A stretch of DNA of 59,008 nucleotides, from positions 1 to 59,008 of the IMG/VR virus record IMGVR_UViG_3300044994_000135. One strand, given 5' to 3'. This document shows positions 36,466 through 46,563 of the stretch, in pieces (the first letter of the stretch is position 1; every line of letters begins with the position of its first letter). The stretch comes from a virus (lineage: Duplodnaviria; Caudoviricetes). The notes under the pieces were generated by a model, which saw only the letters and a program-made list of their open reading frames with translations, did no database searches and was not told the origin of the DNA. The position numbers and the translations under genes are program-made.

Positions 36466-37773
36466 CTAGCCCTCGATGCGATAACCCGGCTCGGGCAGCA
36501 CCCGGCAGCCCGCCGAGGACTTGAGCACGGCGTTGCTCACCGGCACCAACGCGGCCTGCTGCGTGCTGGAGCGGTAAATCCCCCGCCCTTGTGGGTCGCC
36601 GCGCATCTCGGCGGCGTAGGTCAGTCGGGCTAGTACCTTGCCATCCCTGATCAGCGTGTACCCCCCGGCGGGGCGCTCGCCCCTGGGCACGACCAGGGCG
36701 ATCCCCAAGTGGGAGTCGCTCTGTTTCCACACGAACCCGCCGCCGAAGCCCAATCGGGCCGTGCAGCCCGTCAGGTCTCCGGGGTTGACCGCCTGCGGTG
36801 CTGGCGACGCCAGACCGCCAGGGCGAAGATACCGCGCGAACTGCTCGAAGTACGCGGCGTTCGGCGCGGTCGTACGCGCACGCGGGTCTTGGAAAACGGG
36901 AGAATGGTGATCGAGTAAGTTGAACTTGAAGTCCCACAGGTGGGCGGCCTCGCAGGCGCGGTACCGCTTGGCGTAGGCCCGGACGTCGATCTTCGCGGCG
37001 GGTTCGCCGTCAGTGTCCGCAATGCACGGGCGGCGCAGAGTCGCCTTCGAGCCGTGCCGCTCGCAGACGACCCCCCGCAGACAGCGCGGGCGGAAGACCG
37101 AATCCACCAGCTTACACTGCGGGAAGTGCTCGCCAGCCATCGCCAGCAGGGCCTTGCGCGCCGGATCGCTGAGGTCACACTCCAGACAGGGCGAGACGTA
37201 ACATTCGACCGGACCACCGCGAGCCCTTTTGAGTTGTGCAGCCGTTCGCTTCATTATCTCACGAAACTTTCCCATGAGCACGGGGTCTCTCTGCTCCACC
37301 TTGCGGGACGCCGAGGAGACGGTCTCGCCCGCGAACGGCTCGTACGGGCCGCAGCGGCGGTTCCGCAAACACGGCCCGTTGGCGATGTGAACACGCACCT
37401 GCTTGGGGCGGCTGTCCTGGAGTAGGCGCTCGGCGCACGGGCAGCGCTCGCCGAAGGTGTGCGCCAACCACCCGAAGCGCAGAACCTCCACGCCGCGAAA
37501 GGCGCGGACGGTTTCCTCGCAGGGCCACTTGGGGTGACAGATGCCGAGCAGGCTTAGCCCAAGCTTGTTCACTTCCGGCGTCGGCTGCGGGGGCGCCGTG
37601 GTCACGGCTTCCGCGATTGGATTCACGCCGAAGTTAGCTAGGGCCACCACCACCGGCGGGTCGCGGTGGAACTCCCAGTTGCGGTACCGCATGGGCCCGA
37701 TGGTTGTGGTGGGCTGTTCGCGGTTCGAGCAGGCTGCTAAAAGTGCCAAAGCTGCCAAAAAGAAAACCGGCAT
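36466..37773 (-). CDS. Large Cys-rich lipoprotein in the lysis cluster
   Basis: ATG at 37773, MPVFFLAALALLAAC lipobox; 435 aa. Confidence 0.7.
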   Translation of the reverse strand: MPVFFLAALALLAACSNREQPTTTIGPMRYRNWEFHRDPPVVVALANFGVNPIAEAVTTAPPQPTPEVNKLGLSLLGICHPKWPCEETVRAFRGVEVLRFGWLAHTFGERCPCAERLLQDSRPKQVRVHIANGPCLRNRRCGPYEPFAGETVSSASRKVEQRDPVLMGKFREIMKRTAAQLKRARGGPVECYVSPCLECDLSDPARKALLAMAGEHFPQCKLVDSVFRPRCLRGVVCERHGSKATLRRPCIADTDGEPAAKIDVRAYAKRYRACEAAHLWDFKFNLLDHHSPVFQDPRARTTAPNAAYFEQFARYLRPGGLASPAPQAVNPGDLTGCTARLGFGGGFVWKQSDSHLGIALVVPRGERPAGGYTLIRDGKVLARLTYAAEMRGDPQGRGIYRSSTQQAALVPVSNAVLKSSAGCRVLPEPGYRIEG

Positions 37774-37778
37774 ACCTT

Positions 37779-38309
37779 TCACCCCCTCCGAAACAGGCTC
37801 GCGATCCGCTCCGAGCGCTTGCCGACCTGCCTGGCCCAGAGGCTTTTGAGGACGTTCGCGGCCACGGCCTCCCACTCCTCGCGCATCATCAAGCGGATCG
37901 AGTTGCGAAAGCCCTTGAAGCGGTTCGGCCCGAGGTTGAACAGCATGTTCAGGACGGCCCGCTGTCGCCCGCCGCTCCAGTTGCGCCACCGCTCGCCGAA
38001 TATGGCGTCGGCGTGCCTGCACACGGCGGCGATGTCGTTGTCGAGTAGGTGTTGGATCTCGTCCCGGTTCAGCGGAACGGCCTTGAGCGCCGTCACCTGC
38101 TCGGCGAGCGACCGCCCGATCGCTCGGCGCTTGTTGAGCATGACCATCTCCTCGACGGTGAAGCGGTTGTCCTCGAAGTTGCGGCCCGCGCCGATTGACC
38201 ACTTGCCCGCCGAGCACTTGTACGGGTGCGGGACAACGCCCTCGTCGCGCTCTAGGTCACGGACGAGCGCCGCGCGGGTGGCCGGTGCGAGACCATCGGC
38301 GGGACTCAT
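37779..38309 (-). CDS. Endolysin, T4-like lysozyme (GH24)
   Basis: LERDEG...YKCSAGKWSIGAGRN, NMLFNLG...F and SLWARQV..RSERIA. Confidence 0.88.
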   Translation of the reverse strand: MSPADGLAPATRAALVRDLERDEGVVPHPYKCSAGKWSIGAGRNFEDNRFTVEEMVMLNKRRAIGRSLAEQVTALKAVPLNRDEIQHLLDNDIAAVCRHADAIFGERWRNWSGGRQRAVLNMLFNLGPNRFKGFRNSIRLMMREEWEAVAANVLKSLWARQVGKRSERIASLFRRG

Positions 38310-38677
38310 GGGCCATCCGCCGCGCGGGTCTTTGCGCCGATCTGCAAGCTGCTCGGGGTCAGGTGCAGCTCGCTCTTGAGGATGGCCACGGCGTACAGGC
38401 CGAACATAACGGCCATGGTCACCACCACCACCAGGAACGCCGGGAGCGGGACTTTCCACCTGTCGGTGGCCTTGTCGATCAGCCCTTCGAGGCTCTCGGC
38501 GATGCGGGCGGTGTTGTCTGCGGTCCTGTTCATCGGGCTCTCTAGCTCCTGGATCTCGCGGCGGATCTCCCCCAGCTGTTCTCGGACCTCATAAATCCCA
38601 TCCATAAGATCCTCGTTCGTCACACCCGGGCCGTTCAGGTACCTGGGCCGGTTCAGCCTCCCGGGCTCGTCGCTCAT
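38306..38677 (-). CDS. Coiled-coil plus TM protein (holin/XhlA-like)
   Basis: Heptad region followed by a hydrophobic helix; immediately upstream of the lysozyme. Confidence 0.55.
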   Translation of the reverse strand: MSDEPGRLNRPRYLNGPGVTNEDLMDGIYEVREQLGEIRREIQELESPMNRTADNTARIAESLEGLIDKATDRWKVPLPAFLVVVVTMAVMFGLYAVAILKSELHLTPSSLQIGAKTRAADGP

Positions 38678-38985
38678 AGGGCGTCGACTTCCAACAAAAA
38701 GTCGTCCTCCAGTATCGAGCCGTCGGAGAGCGTGGTGGTGATGGTCACCTTGTAATCGACGCCGGAGGTTCCGGAGCGCACGCCCACGCGGACCTGCGTC
38801 CCGCGGACGGTGCATGAGGTGTTCGAGATGACGGTGGCCGTGGCGTCCACGCCCCCGGGGTAGGTGGCCGCCGACGCCGTGGCCGAGGATATGGTGGGGT
38901 TGCCGGGCGGGAGCTTGCCGTAAAAGTCCAGCGCGACCGTGAATTCTTCCGAGGGCTGTTTCGTGACGCTCTGTAGTGCTGCCAT
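38674..38985 (-). CDS. Small virion/tail-fibre adaptor-like protein
   Basis: KQPSEE...LDF...GTSGVDYKVTITTT, a beta-rich pattern. Confidence 0.6.
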   Translation of the reverse strand: MAALQSVTKQPSEEFTVALDFYGKLPPGNPTISSATASAATYPGGVDATATVISNTSCTVRGTQVRVGVRSGTSGVDYKVTITTTLSDGSILEDDFLLEVDAL

Positions 38986-38989
38986 GGTG

Positions 38990-39640
38990 CTACTCTGCCA
39001 ATTTTACCACATGCCGGGGGGTGGCCGTTAATGCCCTGGAGCGCGTCCGGGCCGACACCCACACCACACGCTCGGGCTGGTCGGGCTCGGTCGGGCGGCT
39101 GCGGCCCTTGGGGCTCACGAACCAGCGGCGGGCAGCGGGAGAGAGGACGTGCCGGGGGTCGCCGAGCACGGCGTGGATAAGGTCGTCATCGAGCGCCTCG
39201 GCAGCCGTCACGCTCTCCGAGGCGGTGGCAGCCATCGCGAGCGCTGCGGCCAGGCTCTCGGCAGCCGTCACGCTCTCCGAGGCGGTGGCAGCCATCGCGA
39301 GCGCTGCGGCCAGGCTGTCCGTGCCGGTCACGCTCTCGCTGACCGTCTCGGCGAGGGCCAGGCCGCCGGTCACCGCGTCGGCGGCGGTGACGCCATCGGA
39401 TGTCGTCGTGACGAAGGCCGCGACGGCGGCGGCGGACTCGGCGGCGGTGGCGGCGTCGGAGGTGGTCGTAACAGCCGTGAGGACCGCCGCCACGCTCTCG
39501 GCACTGGCGACCGATTCTGAGATCGTGTCGTTGTAGTTGGTGCCGGTCGGAACGGCCTCGACCGGCACGAGCCCGACCTCGACCGCCGCGCCGTCGAACA
39601 AGATCCCGCGAGTGCTGAAGCCCGCGTTAAAAAGCGCCAT
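38990..39640 (-). CDS. Ala/Thr/Ser-rich repeat virion protein
   Basis: 20-aa repeats (SESVTAAESLAAALAMAATA) including a 60-bp DNA duplication. Confidence 0.65.
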   Translation of the reverse strand: MALFNAGFSTRGILFDGAAVEVGLVPVEAVPTGTNYNDTISESVASAESVAAVLTAVTTTSDAATAAESAAAVAAFVTTTSDGVTAADAVTGGLALAETVSESVTGTDSLAAALAMAATASESVTAAESLAAALAMAATASESVTAAEALDDDLIHAVLGDPRHVLSPAARRWFVSPKGRSRPTEPDQPERVVWVSARTRSRALTATPRHVVKLAE

Positions 39641-39643
39641 GGG

Positions 39644-40450
39644 CTAATCCTCCGAGAAGGAGAACGTGCCGTTCAGGATGCCCGTGGAGGTGGTGGCGGA
39701 GAGCGTCACCCAGAACAGGCAGGCGTCGTCAACGACCTCGGCGAACTGCCCGTGCAGGGTCAGCAGCGCGTCGTGCACGTGCGGGTACATGTGCTCGACG
39801 ATGGGGATCGCCACCAAGGGCTTGAAGAGCGTGACGCCGAAGTCCCCGGCGGTCCCGGTGCTTGCCAGCACGGTGACCGAGGCGACCGCACGGACGCCGG
39901 TGTCGCCCTGCTGGAGCGGGAGCACGATCAGCCGGTAGATCTCGCGGTTGTTGGTGCCACCAAAGACCGTGGCAACGCTCGTTTGTCCTGACGTGTTAGC
40001 CTGATTCGTGTAACTGGCGGTGACCGTCGTCGCCGTTGTGCCGATCTGGGTGTAAATCTCAAGGCCCATCATGACGCCGACCCCGTCGGTGTACCGGGTG
40101 AGCGCTGCCGTCGGCAGGTTGGTCGTCTGCGCGGTCGTGACCGTGGCCGAGAGCCCCCCCTGGTGGCTCAGGCGGTCGCAGAGGACGAGCAGCCCGCCGC
40201 GCTGCCGGACGAGTTCCGCGCCGAGCATCCGCAGGGCCGTGCCACCTCCGTTGATCATGTCCGGTAACGCCCCCGTGGTGGTGCGAGTGGGGGCTTCCGC
40301 CGTGGTCGGGGTGTTCGCGGCAAACGGCGTCTGGGTCCACAGCGAGTACATGCGCCCGGCGACGGTGCTGAGCGAGTTCTTGGTGACGAACGAGCGGAAG
40401 AGCGGGGCGTTCAGCTCGGTGACGTAGGTGGCGTAGTCCGTGATCGCCAT
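39644..40450 (-). CDS. Tail/virion structural protein (paralog of 40458-41297)
   Basis: Thr/Gly-rich; shares DRL...GLS.T.TTAQT and GVRAVASVT...STGTAG.FGV with its neighbour. Confidence 0.7.
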   Translation of the reverse strand: MAITDYATYVTELNAPLFRSFVTKNSLSTVAGRMYSLWTQTPFAANTPTTAEAPTRTTTGALPDMINGGGTALRMLGAELVRQRGGLLVLCDRLSHQGGLSATVTTAQTTNLPTAALTRYTDGVGVMMGLEIYTQIGTTATTVTASYTNQANTSGQTSVATVFGGTNNREIYRLIVLPLQQGDTGVRAVASVTVLASTGTAGDFGVTLFKPLVAIPIVEHMYPHVHDALLTLHGQFAEVVDDACLFWVTLSATTSTGILNGTFSFSED

Positions 40451-40457
40451 CGCCCCG

Positions 40458-41297
40458 CTACGCCTCGATCATCGAGAGGGTGCCGAACACCTGCGGGGCC
40501 GTGGTGCCGTTCGCCAAGAACATGAACGAGAGGCAAGCGCCGGTCTGGATCTCGATCGGGCCGGGGTTTTCCGCGATAAGGTTGCGGGATACCCCGGCGC
40601 CACTGATCGGGACCGGGATGACCAAGAGCGGGCGAATGATATTCACGCCGAAGTTCCCGGCGGTGCCGGTGCTGGCTGCAAGGGTGACGCTTGCCACGGC
40701 GCGGACGCCCGTGCCCCCGGTGGCGAGTGGGAGTACGATGGCCCGCTGGGCCTCGCTGAGACCGGTGCCGCCGATCCCCGTGGCGGTCGACGTGGCGCTG
40801 TTGTTGTCCTGGTCGGTATAGGCTGCGGTGATCGTCGTGGCCGTCCCCCCGATGGCGGTATACACCTCGATCATGATCATGTTGCCGACGGACGCCGCCC
40901 CGGTGTATCGGGTGAGTGAGCCGCCGACCGTCTGGGCGGTGGTCGTGGTGCCGGATAGGCCCGAGATACTCAGCAGCCGGTCGTAGAGGATGAGAGTGCC
41001 CGACGCCGAGGCCACGGCTGTGGCCCCGATGAGCCACTTCTGCCGCCCGCCGCCGGGGTTGGCCTGCTTGAGCCCGCCGTCGGTGGTGTTGTTCGGGTTC
41101 ATGACCCCCCCGGGGGCCGCGCCGCCCGCCGGGCTGCCCTCGTACCGCCAGAGGCTCGTCATCCGCCCGGCGACCGTCGCCGCCGCCGCCCCCGCGCCGA
41201 CCCGCGAGTCGCGATAAAAGAACAGCAGCTCCGGGGTCCCGGAGGACCCCCCGGTGCAGCGGTTCACGATATCACTGAGGTCGGCGAGGGCTGTCAT
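40458..41297 (-). CDS. Tail/virion structural protein (paralog of 39644-40450)
   Basis: ATG at 41297 (MTALADLSD...); same motifs as its neighbour. Confidence 0.7.
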   Translation of the reverse strand: MTALADLSDIVNRCTGGSSGTPELLFFYRDSRVGAGAAAATVAGRMTSLWRYEGSPAGGAAPGGVMNPNNTTDGGLKQANPGGGRQKWLIGATAVASASGTLILYDRLLSISGLSGTTTTAQTVGGSLTRYTGAASVGNMIMIEVYTAIGGTATTITAAYTDQDNNSATSTATGIGGTGLSEAQRAIVLPLATGGTGVRAVASVTLAASTGTAGNFGVNIIRPLLVIPVPISGAGVSRNLIAENPGPIEIQTGACLSFMFLANGTTAPQVFGTLSMIEA

Positions 41298-41872
41298 TAT
41301 AAAACGTTGAGGGTTGGAGTCACCGACAACGTATCGCCGTTTGCCACGGAGCGGCTCGCGTCGAAGTCGCCCGCCGAGTAAAGAACGCCCGAAGTGCCGG
41401 TGCTGACCGTGCACACGAACGCGCCCGCGACGGTCGCTGAACCAGTGATGCTGTACGATACGGCGGTGGCGGTGTTGGAGCCGGATGACGTGGTGCCCCA
41501 GGTGATCGCCGGGCGGTTGCCCGCGTACGGGGTGACCTCCGACCACCCGGAGTGGGAGGCGAGGGTGTCGCTCGCGGCGGCGGAGCCCGCGCCCTTGAGC
41601 CCCAAGTACCACGCGGCGGTGTACGAAGAGCCTTTCAGGTACTTGTCCAAGATGTCGGTCTTGCCTTGCGTGGTGACCAGGTTCTCGAAGGTCTCGCTCC
41701 ACTTCTCGACGCCATCGGGGCCGATGCACCGCATGCGGTAGGTAATGTGCGGAGCTTTGATGTCTCCGAGACTGACAGCCGGGCGCATGATAGCCCCGGT
41801 CTTTAGTTGCATGTCCGATGAAACTCGATCGTTCATATCCCTCTTGGTGAAAACTTTAACACTCGTACTCAA
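41297..41872 (-). CDS. Tail-fibre-associated structural protein
   Basis: ENLVTTQG, WYLGL and SRSVANGDTLSVT pattern of tail proteins. Confidence 0.7.
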   Translation of the reverse strand: MSTSVKVFTKRDMNDRVSSDMQLKTGAIMRPAVSLGDIKAPHITYRMRCIGPDGVEKWSETFENLVTTQGKTDILDKYLKGSSYTAAWYLGLKGAGSAAASDTLASHSGWSEVTPYAGNRPAITWGTTSSGSNTATAVSYSITGSATVAGAFVCTVSTGTSGVLYSAGDFDASRSVANGDTLSVTPTLNVL

Positions 41873-42581
41873 ACTGCCCCGACAGCGCCCGCCCGGCGGC
41901 CAGGCTGATGTTGGCCTGGTCGTACCGCTCGCAGATGGCGACCGTCGTAGACGACCAGCGCATGAAGCCCGCGACCGTCCCGGCCTCGCCGATGACGCAG
42001 TGGCCCAAGGCCCCGCCGGAGTCGGTGTTTGCGGCGGTGACCGGAAGGGTGAACGTGAGCCCGGTGCTGGCCGTGCCGCCGGTGGTGCCGTTGGCGTTGA
42101 TGATGCCCCGGACGCGTTTTCCGTGCCGCTGATACTTGGCGTAGACGGTCGTAACCGAGGTGAAGGTCATCGAGCCCGTCGCCCCGTACGTCGGCGTCCA
42201 CGTGGCCCACCCCCCGCCGTGGTTGAGCAGGATCATGTCGGTGTTGTTGTAAAACAAATATGCGTAGACGTTGGTGACCAGCTCCCCGCCGACCAGGTTA
42301 TGCCCGAGGTATTTGATGGTCTTTGGGCCGAGACTGTTGACGTTCAGCGTCGCGCTGCCGGTGTTGGTGTGGTTCGGGAACAGGATGAACACCTGCCCGC
42401 CCTCGTACGCCGTGGGGGCCGGCGATACCGTGGCGGTGTAGTTGTTGGACGAGCCGGAGGTGCCCCCGGCGAAGCGGCGGGTGAGAAGGCCGTCGATGGC
42501 CGCCGCGACGTTCGTCGCGCTGTAGAGCGTTGGGTTCCTGAGTGAGAAGTCGTCGGCGTACGTCATGTCATGTCGGGTCAA
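41856..42581 (-). CDS. Tail fibre / receptor-binding protein
   Basis: NTGSATLNVNSLGPKTI, WTPT, YQRHGK and FTLPV fibre motifs. Confidence 0.72.
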   Translation of the reverse strand: MTRHDMTYADDFSLRNPTLYSATNVAAAIDGLLTRRFAGGTSGSSNNYTATVSPAPTAYEGGQVFILFPNHTNTGSATLNVNSLGPKTIKYLGHNLVGGELVTNVYAYLFYNNTDMILLNHGGGWATWTPTYGATGSMTFTSVTTVYAKYQRHGKRVRGIINANGTTGGTASTGLTFTLPVTAANTDSGGALGHCVIGEAGTVAGFMRWSSTTVAICERYDQANISLAAGRALSGQFEYEC

Positions 42582-44958
42582 ACTGCTGGTTCCTGAGCAC
42601 CAGCACGGTCAATCTTATCATGGGCGAGTGCCCGAGCGGTAATTGGTAGGTGACCGACTCGACCAGCCCGCGGTAGGTGTGGGACACCACCAGCTCGTAC
42701 CCCTGGGCGCTGGTCGCCCGGCCCACGGTGCCGTCGGTGACCACGGCGTCCGTGCCGTCGGGGTTGGTGCCGTAGAACGCCGGGAACTCCGTGCTCGTGA
42801 ACTCGATCACGTCGAACAGCTTGATCGCCGAGTACTTGCTCCACGGCACCCGGAACTCGGCGTAGGTGAGCGGCCTGCCGTACCTGGCCAGCAGGTATTC
42901 AGCGACCAAGGACATCCGCGCCGACGAGCTGCCGTTACCCAGGTAGCCGTTGTCGAGCGCGTAGACGTCCGCCGGGAAGGGCGAGATCGTGTAGTTGGTT
43001 TCAGCGGGCGGGAGGTCGCCGTAGAGCGCGCGGGCCTCGGCGGTCATCGCGGCCACCGGCGGGTACAGGCCGTCGGTCCCGTTGAAGTCTTCGGAGAACT
43101 GGTACCCGAAGCCGTCCTGGTTGTCGGCGCGACCGTTCTCGAAGTCCCGACCGGTGAACCGGTAGCCGCGGAAGCCGTTCGCCGTCACGCGGGACATGAC
43201 GGTCTCGACGCCCTCCTGCCGCCAGCCGAGCGGGATGAGGTCGGCGTTGGGGATCTTCGCGGTCACGGTGTGCGAGATGCCCCACGGATACATGAACATC
43301 TTGCCGTTAGGGAGCGTGCCGACCCGCGAGGCCGTGCCGCGACACACCTCGGTCAGAAAGTCCGTGTAGGTGATGCGGGAGTCGAACACCCCCCGCGGCG
43401 TGCGGGCGCGGGCGTTGACGCTGTTGATGTCGTAGAGATGCCAGTAGTGCGTCGAGAGCGTCGTGGTGTCCCACTCCGTGGGGTCGGTCCACGCCGTGCC
43501 GTTCCAGTTGTAGCCCAGGACCTTCACGAGGTCGGCGGTGCTGGTGTACAGCGCGCCGCCGGAGTACGTGCACTGCCCGCGTATCAACGCGACCAGGATC
43601 GGGAAGTTGTCGAAGTGCGGGTTCTGTTGGCCACTGTCGGGGGTGAACTGCGTGAGGTCCAGCCGCGAGTAGGTCAGCCCCGCCGGGGTGTAAGCTTCGA
43701 CGTGCTCGGTGAAGGAGTAGGTGGTCTCGTGAAGCTTGTAGAGGATCCGCGTGCTCGGGAAGACCACCTTGTACTGAGCGTAGGAGTCGTTACCGTTGGT
43801 GCCGGCGTCCGTGCCGTCCTTGCGGTATTCGATGGTATTGCCCGACCCGTAGTGGATGGTGAGGTCGTCGGCGGTAACGCCCGTGGCCTCGTAGCCCAGA
43901 AAATACTCGTAGTTTGCGTCGAGATACAGGGGACGATCAAAGGAAACATTGATCGGGAAGTTTGTTGTCCCCGCGTTGTTCTGGGTGTCGTATATCGAAA
44001 GGTCGAGTGTCGCCACCGCCGCTCGCTCGTCGATCACCGTCCCGCCACCCGGCATGGTGACCATAATGAATACCGTAAGTTTCGCCGTCGAGACTGTGCC
44101 CGTACCATTCCCCTTTGCGCGAAGCTGTACCCCCGTGATGATTCTGACGCTGTTGATGTTTAGCTTCCAAGCCCGCGAATTGTACTGATTGAGCGAATAC
44201 GACCCTGCTGGTGTAGTGCCGCTGTAATCGGTGTTGGCGGTCGTGTCCACCAACGCCCACTTGTTATCGTTGTCCTTTGTGTACACCCTGGCCCAGGTTA
44301 ATCTGTTCTTCGTGAGCTGGTACAGGCACGTCCCCACGGCGTACCTGGGCTCGGTCGCGCCGTCGGCGGTGATGCGGATGGGGATCACCTCCTGATTGTC
44401 CCCGATGATCAGCGGCACCGCACGCCCGAGCGAGCTGTCGGGCGCGTTCGCCATGCCGCTCACGGTGCGGTTGACCTCCAGCGTGAGCACCTTCTCCCGG
44501 TAGCGGACCGGCCGCACCTCGAACGTGAGCGAGTGCGCCCCGTCCTCGATCGACGACGACCAGCGCGTACAGATGCCTTGAAAAACTTGCGTCCACGAGC
44601 TCACGGTGTCGCTGTCGGTCGCGAGCTTGGCCGTGTACACCGCCACCGACTGTTCGACGGGCGAGTAGCGTTCCAGGATGTCCGAAAACTTGCGGTTGAG
44701 CCCGAACGTGCCGGGGCGGTTGTCGATCGAGAACGAGGAGAACGAGCTGCTCGGCAGAAACTCCCCGGCGTTGAACGATACCTCGCCCAGATCGGTCAGG
44801 AGCGGCCAGAACGAGTTTTGCGTGCTTGAGTTCTTCAGGGACTTCTGGACGAACGAGTAGGTCTTGCTGGTGGTGCTCGCCGTGGCCGGGGTGTAGAGCT
44901 TCACCGTCAGGTCGACGCGGACGTGGTAGTTGTACGGGACGTTCAGCGTGGTCGGCAC
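42568..44958 (-). CDS. Tail tip / baseplate hub-like protein
   Basis: 796 aa, downstream of the tape measure and distal-tail genes; GRAVPLIIG. Confidence 0.65.
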   Translation of the reverse strand: MPTTLNVPYNYHVRVDLTVKLYTPATASTTSKTYSFVQKSLKNSSTQNSFWPLLTDLGEVSFNAGEFLPSSSFSSFSIDNRPGTFGLNRKFSDILERYSPVEQSVAVYTAKLATDSDTVSSWTQVFQGICTRWSSSIEDGAHSLTFEVRPVRYREKVLTLEVNRTVSGMANAPDSSLGRAVPLIIGDNQEVIPIRITADGATEPRYAVGTCLYQLTKNRLTWARVYTKDNDNKWALVDTTANTDYSGTTPAGSYSLNQYNSRAWKLNINSVRIITGVQLRAKGNGTGTVSTAKLTVFIMVTMPGGGTVIDERAAVATLDLSIYDTQNNAGTTNFPINVSFDRPLYLDANYEYFLGYEATGVTADDLTIHYGSGNTIEYRKDGTDAGTNGNDSYAQYKVVFPSTRILYKLHETTYSFTEHVEAYTPAGLTYSRLDLTQFTPDSGQQNPHFDNFPILVALIRGQCTYSGGALYTSTADLVKVLGYNWNGTAWTDPTEWDTTTLSTHYWHLYDINSVNARARTPRGVFDSRITYTDFLTEVCRGTASRVGTLPNGKMFMYPWGISHTVTAKIPNADLIPLGWRQEGVETVMSRVTANGFRGYRFTGRDFENGRADNQDGFGYQFSEDFNGTDGLYPPVAAMTAEARALYGDLPPAETNYTISPFPADVYALDNGYLGNGSSSARMSLVAEYLLARYGRPLTYAEFRVPWSKYSAIKLFDVIEFTSTEFPAFYGTNPDGTDAVVTDGTVGRATSAQGYELVVSHTYRGLVESVTYQLPLGHSPMIRLTVLVLRNQQFDPT

Positions 44959-44959
44959 C

Positions 44960-45736
44960 CTACGGCATCTCCTGGAAAGTCATGGCGGCGTCGAACACGT
45001 TGTTAGCCGTGATGGCGGTCGAGAACGCCTCGACGCGGCCGAACAGCACGCGGTGGTTGAACAGCAGCTCGTGATAGTCCTTGGTGAAGAGTATCACGGG
45101 GGCCCACTGCCGCCGAGCGCCGATGGTGTTCGCCATGTTGCGGGCGTTGGCCTCGGTCAGCCCTCGCCACTGCAGCTCGACGGTGTAGAGCGCGCGCCGC
45201 CGCCCGTGTGACGGCTTGGTGCGGGTGACGGTGACCGCCGTCGGGTCCAGGCCGGGGTCGATGGCCTTGCCGAGGAACGCTTTCGCGTGCGGGTAGAAAG
45301 ACTGCCCGGTGGCGCTGTAGGCGATGTACCACCACCGCCGCGCCGGGGTCTCCGCGAACGTCGCCAGGTAGTCGTCGAGGCCGGGACCCATGAGGTTGCC
45401 CGTGACGAACGTGGCCGAGTCGATGACGAGCGCCTCGGTCGCCGCCGCGTAGTCGTCGCTCGTGTGGTGCCGCACGCGGATGGTGTTCACGAGTGCCCTC
45501 ATGAGCATGGAGGCTTTGCCCAGGTACAGGAAGTCGGCGGCCCTGGTGACCGCCGCCCCCAGGTCGAAAGTCAGTTGCACCAGGCCGGAGTTGGTCGACA
45601 CCTTGCGGAAAAAATCGGCCTTGTGCGAGCCGAACAGGTTGAGCAGCGGGTACCCGCTCTCCGCCCCGTGGCCGGCGATCGTGTACGTCACGGCCTCTGC
45701 CGGGATGCCCGCCGTGCCGATCAGAAGATTCGTCAT
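44960..45736 (-). CDS. Distal tail-like protein
   Basis: ATG at 45736; resembles 45733-46563 (YP..N.F, FDLG, final F.EM). Confidence 0.6.
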   Translation of the reverse strand: MTNLLIGTAGIPAEAVTYTIAGHGAESGYPLLNLFGSHKADFFRKVSTNSGLVQLTFDLGAAVTRAADFLYLGKASMLMRALVNTIRVRHHTSDDYAAATEALVIDSATFVTGNLMGPGLDDYLATFAETPARRWWYIAYSATGQSFYPHAKAFLGKAIDPGLDPTAVTVTRTKPSHGRRRALYTVELQWRGLTEANARNMANTIGARRQWAPVILFTKDYHELLFNHRVLFGRVEAFSTAITANNVFDAAMTFQEMP

Positions 45737-46563
45737 ATCATCTCCTCGAACACCAGCCGCACGTTGTTCCAGTCGTTGTAAACGCGGTTGATGCTGCACT
45801 CGTCGGCGATAATCCGCACGTGCAGCAGGGAGTTGCCGAACAGGACTTCGGTGTAGGTGGCGGCGTGCAGAAAGAACGTGTGCCGGTAGGGGTCCTTGAG
45901 CAGCTTCTCGGACACGTCCACCACCTGCGCGTCGGTCAGCCCGTCGTACTCCACCGCCACCCGGTGGACCTCGTGCGTCAGGCGGTCCATGGTCCGCTGC
46001 CCGCGCGGGAACTGCCACGTGCTCAAGCCAGGGTCTATGACCGAGTGCTCGTACGAGTCGGGCTCTTTGCCGAAGTCGAGCCAGTTGCCGAGGTGGAATT
46101 TGGAGCACGCCGCCTTGCTGTTCGCGCCCTCGAAGTAGATCGTCCAGTATCGGTAAGTGCCCGACGCGGGGCCGACGTCGGAGTTGAACGAAGAGGTGAA
46201 CAGGATGTCGTGGCCGTGGGGACCGGCGAAGGTCTTGTTCTGAAACTGGTTGAGCGTGCCCAGATGATTGATCGAGCTGCTGGCGAGCGTCACGCGGGCG
46301 CGGGCGCGGACGCTGTATAGCCCTTCGGCCTTCAGAATGTTGCAGCCGCCGATGATGAGGTGGTCGTAGGTCTTGGTCACGCCGGGGCCGAGGTCGAAGA
46401 AGAAGTTGATGCCGATCGAAGTCTGACTCGCGAGCTGCCCGTACGCGCTGCGCTCGCCGGTGAAATAATTCTCCACCGGGTAGTCCGGGTCCATGGGCAG
46501 CCCGGTCCAGTAGTGCAGGGCGCTCACCGGCATGTCGGGGTAGCTGATGAGGAAGCTGGTCAT
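45733..46563 (-). CDS. Distal tail-like protein
   Basis: Directly follows the tape measure gene. Confidence 0.6.
   Translation of the reverse strand: MTSFLISYPDMPVSALHYWTGLPMDPDYPVENYFTGERSAYGQLASQTSIGINFFFDLGPGVTKTYDHLIIGGCNILKAEGLYSVRARARVTLASSSINHLGTLNQFQNKTFAGPHGHDILFTSSFNSDVGPASGTYRYWTIYFEGANSKAACSKFHLGNWLDFGKEPDSYEHSVIDPGLSTWQFPRGQRTMDRLTHEVHRVAVEYDGLTDAQVVDVSEKLLKDPYRHTFFLHAATYTEVLFGNSLLHVRIIADECSINRVYNDWNNVRLVFEEMI

Noticed and set aside
37774-38217. N-terminal extension of ORF 36466-38217
   Set aside because: It overlaps the lysozyme in another frame; the lipoprotein signal starts at 37773.
39644-42581. Diversity-generating retroelement acting on tail genes
   Set aside because: No reverse transcriptase and no adenine-specific template/variable repeat pair were seen.
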